Below, piece after piece: positions 62,301 through 64,000 of a DNA stretch of 64,000 bases; within the stretch, counting starts at the first letter, position 1; the number at the start of each line of letters is the position of its first letter. The translations under genes and the position numbers were made by a program. The notes under the pieces were generated by a model, which searched no databases, was not told where the DNA came from, and saw only the letters and a list, made by a program, of their open reading frames with translations. Source of the DNA: Candidatus Omnitrophota bacterium (lineage in GTDB: Bacteria > Omnitrophota > Gorgyraeia > Gygaellales > Profunditerraquicolaceae); NCBI GenBank assembly GCA_025453395.1, contig JALOQK010000001.1:166313-230312 (forward strand), read 5' to 3'.

Positions 62301-64000
62301 TCCACAGCCCAAACGCGTTGCGCCTCCAAACTGGAAATTAATCGCTTCAAGATAACGCAGAAACGCAGATTCCTTAAAATAATATCAACCCCCTGCTCCA
62401 TACGGGCCAATCCACACCTAGGCCCATACTTATGTTCCTGAAGGCCTTGTTTATAATCTTTATCTAAGCAGCCTAAAACTGCGGCTATGGTTTCCCGAAC
62501 ACCTATATCTGCCTCCATTAAAGCCTGCCTAATCATTGCTTCGCCTTGTTCGCCGGAAACTATTTGCTCTTCCATCTCGGCTATCCTTTTTTCAAGCGGT
62601 TCTCCACCCGGCAACTGCGCAAACCCGCGGTATTTCAATCTCTGCCTGAAAGTTAGAATAAAGGAGACGGTTCTATTTTCTAGAAAACGCCAGAGGTAAA
62701 TATAAACGGGGACTGCGATAATAAATAACAGGGGAATAAATAACAGGTATGGCGAGATAGCAGCTGTCTGCATCGCATCTACCGGCGCTCCGGTAGGCTG
62801 GGCAGGAATAAGGTATCTACTTGCGGCAACCGCCGCGCCAAGACAAGCTACGCTCAGCATTATGTAAACTTCTCCGAGGCCTTTTTCTTTTCTGTCCCCG
62901 TCCGCGCCGGAGCTAATAGCATTAGTAGAAACTTCAAGAACAGCCATTTTAATTTTATTCGATATAAAGCTATACTGTTGGCGTATTTCGCTTTTTTCTT
63001 TTTCAATGAATATGACATTATTCAGCTTCGCAATAAGCTGCTTCACGCACCCGGGTATGGAATTTCCCCAAGGATTACGTAAGCTGAAAAAATATTTATT
63101 ATAAATATCGTCCAACTGTTGTGCCGCAAGCTTAAATAAATTAAGCTTTAACAAATCTTCTAGGTTAAAATTTGCCCAAGACTGGGCAAGCGCATGTAGT
63201 ATATCAAAAGGCATTTCGCCGAAATGGCCTTCTTCTAAGAATAATTTTGCCGCGCCTTCTAAGGCATCCTTTACGGATATCTGCCCTTTCTTCAGCCGAC
63301 AGAGAATTTTGGAAAAATCAGCACAAAGGGCATCCACAATTTCCCTTCTTTCTTCTTTAGAAAGCTGGAATAAATAAGTACGATTAGCGCTAATCTTTTC
63401 TACTGCCGCATAAATAGCGCTTCCTTTAAGCAGAATATGACTGTTGAGCGCAAAATCTAATTTTTCTAAATTATGGATTTGGTAGAGGCGGGTAACAGCT
63501 TCAAAAGCCGGCAATTTACGGGAAACAAATATAACTCTAAAGAAATACGCCCAAAGCCGCGGCGAACCGCGCACAAAATTATTTGTAATTGCGAATTCTC
63601 TGTAAACATTAAAAAATACCTCTGTTTTTTCTTTATTTATTCCGTTTAAGCGATTCCTGCGCCACGCTTTAGAGAAAACTTTCCTAAACTCTACCAAATA
63701 ATTAGCATCTTTAGCCTGCCTAAGCATATAGCACAAAATCACATCTAACTCCCGAGTATATTTTGCCTTATTCCGCAGCATTCCCCCAATTTGCCCGAGG
63801 AAGGTATGGAATCCAGTGAATTCCGGCTCCTCCTCTTTAATTGCAGGCTCATTAATCAGGCCTATTTTCTTGGCATAAATACAAACTGAAGTTTTCTTGC
63901 GAATTAATTCCGTTAATTTTTCTTCAATACGTTTATTCCTCTGCCATACCCCGGCGCAACGCATAAGAAACTTTCTATTTTCTGCCCTAAAGATAAAACG
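47330..64000 (-). CDS. Giant ORF (at least 5544 aa, 5' end probably beyond the window) encoding a membrane-anchored multi-enzyme protein with radical SAM x2, SAM-methyltransferase, HAD, GNAT and HEAT-like motifs
   Basis: A single uninterrupted reading frame of 16.6 kb in AT-rich DNA. The motifs found are:
- CxxxCxxC radical-SAM cores at ~58524-58550 (VTYKCCFNCADC) and ~52139-52180 (LTCNSGCDIC).
- Methyltransferase motif I VLLIGPGRGFEA at ~56641-56680, with FDVVIF downstream.
- HAD motif VLVWDGVVVDS at ~55305-55340.
- GNAT motif FQRNGIGSKLM at ~50556-50595.
- Four copies of a 2-TM anchor module, G(L/A)GEV..ML.V.CLGA...A..YL..AQ(P/S)TG(A/P)P + TM, at ~62700-62900, 58790-58915, 48960-49110 and 47960-48110.
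There is no stop codon in the 36 nt upstream of the first in-window ATG (63964). Confidence 0.8.
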   Translation of the reverse strand, partial: RFIFRAENRKFLMRCAGVWQRNKRIEEKLTELIRKKTSVCIYAKKIGLINEPAIKEEEPEFTGFHTFLGQIGGMLRNKAKYTRELDVILCYMLRQAKDANYLVEFRKVFSKAWRRNRLNGINKEKTEVFFNVYREFAITNNFVRGSPRLWAYFFRVIFVSRKLPAFEAVTRLYQIHNLEKLDFALNSHILLKGSAIYAAVEKISANRTYLFQLSKEERREIVDALCADFSKILCRLKKGQISVKDALEGAAKLFLEEGHFGEMPFDILHALAQSWANFNLEDLLKLNLFKLAAQQLDDIYNKYFFSLRNPWGNSIPGCVKQLIAKLNNVIFIEKEKSEIRQQYSFISNKIKMAVLEVSTNAISSGADGDRKEKGLGEVYIMLSVACLGAAVAASRYLIPAQPTGAPVDAMQTAAISPYLLFIPLLFIIAVPVYIYLWRFLENRTVSFILTFRQRLKYRGFAQLPGGEPLEKRIAEMEEQIVSGEQGEAMIRQALMEADIGVRETIAAVLGCLDKDYKQGLQEHKYGPRCGLARMEQGVDIILRNLRFCVILKRLISSLEAQRVWAVDILKNMPQQDKLCYVDKFISRVKLCNTEQEKSFLISGLLAMGIEEALASVIELAASVEDESSQAAFEALKAYPDSPRIAELAKLQLISVLEEEKAKPDEVIRVIKIIELGEPDKAVDAMLLKIDKRFEPSSKSYILALYALAQRLRVDKTAGLWPKINEEERSAIIRCLTLIGTYEAVRILILLAKGENARDRDLSKSKLGELLRLNNKHALACRQEIINIAAAYGKLNRKAGQDISDKAFSQGQLIFVLFVLAITVILGTALKNVFEYSDNASILISTGAAASLLLIWQVCACDLKTFWEDFKQTCSAGKEQAISFGFIIFFLSAATAAFIFIPSKLLAFVLSVGILSLGAKVFNVSALINCAIGRLSRLGIGKSLLRILQAPQNEKQMAEKKAFQEKQDTMRRMRRHNSDKPESIIFYQQVLEKEIPEHLTDDPDIKQLRESLLNQTNECILRAIRLTEQQRQDAALSKPAQQLRKEQKAALSQELENLKAGLSGLEPLGQFEAQLMNILKRFPKDFQRLPQIEKFREDTGKFLACKKIDSDTSRAKIQNAENINGKIVNAVKKAYAELDALRADSFISLDALNQGVSAICQRVLNVIPRKHVPMKIVQEFLENAKYAENKLLFDLVESTLKKHLEENGLRENKYAVCLGLMKNIIVERDKLIYEYKLRQDFDLFISWLIEGLPFEQIKAKMQEGEFFPEFDPLISKVENALAVNPKDIIDQAGAGSLCEDGQGNIKEKARNFIPGLFRSLPPEERLLNYLTYDCWLAKYLRGSLLNMESKVLVELNLCVIKAMQSAAGMCRKLCNEYSFQSAASKVEMSSVINRVIAVIDQRYTTIDKEVKIKIKELTQARKDIDALNLEKAFIPELEIAKNSLAQTVEMLAFIHARDSSWGEYAQYQKWQEDKKQSLQAAIEMAREREKARAASAILKLKVTSLLNISDPGYSGRGKLLLWCAQINNPQANNPVKSLVQIYKALNPTIHEEAGLRENIKNNVLRVIKNYLEKNAEWIFQDDWPADADDRIKRDFPYQAQHFRNPLPKPTAQQPIKPEVEIKKAEVEKSGILILEEQILTLETEKLSPATAISLCKDALFRLASLEKSLPMGEVRGYQSRLLRVQQRYEKKSHGRPMTNLIPPVIATLFLSLVGAVSAGQVLTAQNIPAPPGQAFPFYLCLLFPVLLVIIAVIFLYGPSLRNKPDLDPVGTSDESLLKIPFSFKSKNGIGTATIALRILNAIMDGRVAEDINVMVTYKCCFNCADCLAACACKEGGFWDVPKEALYSLFEQLRGCKLVHIVGTGEPLCYGKDKYFEGGVSRDFLDVVRYAAQRIEVVRIVTNAYLVPEDIKVAKEFFAQFPKNVVWLVSADEYHEKEMREKTGKQLSEVIKTMNKLARRGKIKLMFNVRYANKTGREVDDMTWRLGIRPSFPSLVLKLLLFVVSLGSLDFYGLGKTKTFINRIIGQGNAVKNESYSLRLSFADIQEHARDLDKMMFFVDPQGNLVICDHVAYMAMQERKEFKNLISNSVIGNVSEESMASLFLDKLLKSRYENIIRRFNYFDEGTLAWLVLAVYFASCGMPLEAGYYMDQVFSKEIQQIDKLEELLARFIFFQESPALNDFIFGQMRKHTEKVRFSFISQLAVKSTVKAQARFVNFEQIIFSLLNIFSLLAAIVYGSFADTDGLSDISAFGMLAYTVIFFISIAFISFTYNERIPVFSNLIYYILSLFAWRFKAMKANSPAHGNGDVPQKGTLLNRGGALGGQVTGAAGSPLFHHQPSPADIDFSFGFGGRLGPNYLGARAFDGVRDPLYESHKFGWFFADGSIEGKLIEGEKNGLVDTVRKNPYDCEKNINRDFWGLNMLFDGDITMDIQTIKISIGQRVVRVLLIGPGRGFEAFGLMATCGNNVDITALAKEDLIYSNPEDLQDRFHNFSETGMAITVSEAQEYINRLKSRQIIYDMEKGIPFADNSFDVVIFGSAVMEYIKDKYSALKEALRVCRIDGFVYCVLYPLSIRINDLSAIQYFVKQFTSSIVKTYRMAPYLRFKKQEDIKFPYLLIERVLESKGFVSGATQYSVFYRERQFNSPASVAQLPIQPTRLETVNNIKALQDNGSKKFDIIPAQQKDAAVQKTTKDSVICSQNVIRYETFSFLSGLAEKCRDVESIGYALIVVNSFVNHEDLAVAIHAKYIQRIFEIRLSMLSQGLALFADQAMTAKNNKQGGDDPATKKKLDAAASLIKESQKGLAALTPRGIKTFSHILSAFFLISLMPADFWPQEMLVSLPKGFWALTILFCLLFSARPYLSSIFSRMRSKHPAKVIKITDVKPRIKVIVLVWDGVVVDSLDCVFFVWGAMYDRIMKGESRSYIPTKEGLKNGIDYVNACGGGSLYAQIGDVIARARTKKVRNLRTNQEYVDEFCDLILKSVKEKIGRGDNIVIPETVKALCEIRRKFPGVRIIQTSGQPSVSLKETIRILGMEYFYDQIYGAYPLKSGIPHDKKTQIIALRKKYGLALNEIILFEDQAQGAREAKSAGALTAVIVTDPEKEKIFRKLNVDFIIRSEGINKDIIPYLGMRRISIPHIFASCALVTFVPLALAAKFPLFGFTLYFIFLACLLTAKFHIFRPAIRKLICDYWFGVQPAGCFTEKLKALGYAREASKIENNLRAEIIFDRSAYNLYAVYNKLGLIVSSDIQDKICVKWQEVKMIKGAFCDIYHVVEPETEGAILLGAISNPRVAYVGSENSGNGNGDVPQGDTLLNRGNAPTSPNMLGWRMLPAGIHLSEDMRQKNIYANMCCQRQLFQQAYSDGFNLTLPEIKMGGFEGIFRRFQHADFIALIQDWFFGVIADKKLLEFTYASCITSNVLLAKMLSAKFDLPIGKNRGAHLEIMPGFYSGPALKNGSHHYWIVLYDGNEKFFIDSAYGQFDQEYKNKIIIRADYEQALKDLFLQERPQLLLEKRISLVHAGQISEMLSSENAVIEQEIMPRFCKLYIAPKYKQAEILGGADLRDAFRIYKGDVYYPCAGHDAVSFMALVNLFPSARCFIFNDNFVQKEMSVSIPDKQDIQGIIKQLSEYFNWVGEALGEMAVKVIDPALLEINIGLNDKMRALLGRQNIKILYQINDFMQNQNKYGIVYVQGPGMAGRISKKSYFWKKVKIQVLRGGYLIVSEQTTRQPHLSRDIEWAANIMPNTCFSYWRSYIKPWRIYRINQTVFSKAKTPQQLSPEVSLADSNIDRGALTSPACSPERPKIKKQTIQPTRLETVNKANASGAGGRGLGATGSSLFHHLPSLSDIDIDFGGRLGPNFLGARDKNLIGHPFYGGKFRYLFADGSGASKVREIFGSQVIEDISDLDYSFQQRVEFLRREQFANLDIRINPYSNWVPKRILCVLSLTCNSGCDICMFSCDSGRKREMVLVDFYRATDFSGMGIRDPSLYISGGELSLRKDLHEIIAERNVCSLTTNASLMVTPEKAREFVLMIKKSRGSDSKFTFRISLDDSHLARPAISLIKIANLAEAVIRYYPEADIIINTLINITSGQTTWNFFQELSSRGLGVSFQMQHSFVEKNEQVIRRALRISQLSRIGRALDVYPDSVFEQCELSETKKRYYPGTTLAFDYRGDVSFADMYLVDHSPLVFGNALQEKWGSIIFRLRKDPLFLGFISDSQRILKFADEYCEGIVERINQGRPGTLLTFFYWLFSSPERKLYITYRFLNEYSKAGFLGQGAFSNLSNSQMKTLAQEQVGGLRRQYFPSGAPGSKQTPSSGEGVVLQSPVFIGLAALLAANHLDTWLSKLPFLIVFIFIAILSYGEYLLNKSSVVRKAGILRANLDDGIYNAADIVKLGPERLDKTARAMLCIEKLVFSNPATKPKIVNPAQHLVEEYKKRLLDNYVYLAVEKGDIVGFIRFSIYKETIANLQELAILPAFQRNGIGSKLMDSFVNALWGMSPRINTFRFMPSLKTNSGFFYYGKYFPRRSKGHSMALSWYLELNLPLRMCYKAVIHPIEKGCNGDKAHYSQSGPDLGIGGRLGPNYLGAQDKNLIGHPFYGGKFRYLFADGSGAEGREDRKARLEQITADFLKNHPGEKILLTQLAKLAGFKYCTLWRWKKEKGVILEGVSSAERGSKVSLAKFIKAAEEVAKDKGSKKFPLMEIRDKMNMKKHPSTFSNILARLRKAGIDPVEELRKKGIIATLPETGVRKTSPEIESLSARIKEALLKFKAGNFSSRKELSQGREKVRDLLVELCKENTGGEFIILRKEFNAILKEKKAQQEPVGAPSGLKIQAKQDEAVVEVKQIAIQKTDEFKVAKRLKPVPVTVDNRGDDFRIEEWERIFGKLDRKEYVKKMIIYHSDLHGKTLSGIIGLVVKIKDWPWLLYLLRQALKEGTTDKSALLFAKRALDEAAEKGKQNIKFVGAPGGAKKGLGEVCTMLGVVCLGAVVVAGAYLTQAQSTGPPDSHLGRASLYPVMTVPFLFVLAIKAFRYLQKLFQGKHNIKQFDWENALEAPWNEAVCDRKAQAAGPASENEKNYFHNQKQVREEFVQLLKEIHNGALTNFLDFKKRIIELNRIMLTGKDGNCIYIPPTFDHSLFEGCVYAEDKDAKVRGIAGSFEDSIGNTDKRLKIIFEDIKRFLLFPSVNHIADFYFHARPKNQYYIYQKANQSLFMGMSNAMLRMLGSSGIAHIISLDRIGYRFSSCEQFRPYFTSVVEANKTGKKFDFGDTILNSKEVSGSPAQDKKIGGALGTNSSPVIRNMLIPFTAAFIALGAKDLFAAGAYLAQAQPTGAPVQHTQFVSFPPYLLPVLLTIIVALGLMAIFSKNRAMPPDTDSDSMTLPKRVEVIEFSGTKVEIKEFHNNIFEAWLKNELLVRIEFIEKKNEKEETVSLDVCFWRVDLSSQSKDLVRSAIKYLTEYFMKGFPDTTQRKYFSHPVSLLQELFYRNLILLRTGTRNEDVFQKDAFSNRDGAPGDGQKLISRRGLNRGGFVRFARDKHDMDFDKYYFWLINADRNYPRRAAIWL

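Noticed and set aside
47330-64000. Possibility that the giant ORF is several adjacent genes or an assembly chimera
   Set aside because: Not supported by the sequence: there are no in-frame stops over 16.6 kb, and internal ORFs on other frames (e.g. 48897-49094, 52789-52986, 53548-53811, 60511-60696) are short and featureless. Mis-assembly across the internal nucleotide repeats cannot be excluded without reads, and this is flagged in the findings.

Overview
This is a 64 kb AT-rich bacterial chromosomal segment. Nearly every gene lies on the minus strand, the exception being a plus-strand pilN-pilO-pilP-pilQ-pilM operon. Gene order in coordinates (the strand is given per feature):
- An F0F1 ATP synthase operon, atpI-like/atpB/atpE/atpF plus the 5' end of atpH, which runs off the window start.
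- A GAF-ANTAR regulator, a class I/II aminotransferase, an Lrp/AsnC regulator, nadE and a PEBP/YbhB protein.
- A complete phosphate module: pitA, a DUF47 regulator, pstS-pstC-pstA-pstB-pstB-phoU. The pstB is tandemly duplicated and one copy has a degenerate ABC signature.
- tRNA modification genes (a QueG-like protein, mnmG).
- A class II B12-dependent ribonucleotide reductase nrdJ. It carries a ~409 aa LAGLIDADG intein inserted directly before the catalytic Cys of NPCGE, and a pair of NrdR-like boxes lies upstream.
- LacI and ROK regulators.
- A type IVa pilus cluster. It contains pilC, two PilB-like ATPases, a stand-alone MshEN domain protein and a 1340 aa GGDEF-AAA(STAND)-HEAT protein. A tandem-PilZ protein lies ~13 kb downstream.
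- A glycan utilisation block: two clan-A glycoside hydrolases, a protein with a tandem-duplicated beta-rich domain, a GPH/MFS symporter and a 3-gene sugar ABC importer.
- A giant minus-strand ORF of at least 5544 aa (47330 to the window end, probably continuing beyond it). It encodes a membrane-anchored multi-enzyme protein: four repeated two-helix anchor modules with an AQ(P/S)TG(A/P)P motif, two radical-SAM CxxxCxxC cores, a class I SAM methyltransferase, HAD and GNAT motifs, and HEAT-like repeats. It also carries near-identical intragenic nucleotide repeats.

Three small repeat families punctuate the region:
- An ~90 bp MITE/REP-like element with AAAGCGAAAAA / TTTTTCGCTTT termini, at five loci.
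- A GGGGACGGTTCT...AGAACCGTCCCC perfect hairpin element at two loci, with a relic third copy inside the giant gene. It embeds or abuts start codons.
- A TCAGCTN heptamer minisatellite at two loci.

Giant genes, weak Shine-Dalgarno sequences and a type IV pilus cluster are consistent with, but do not prove, an Omnitrophota-like uncultivated lineage. No tRNA, rRNA or CRISPR was recognised. All calls come from reading the translations and motifs by eye; no database searches were possible.
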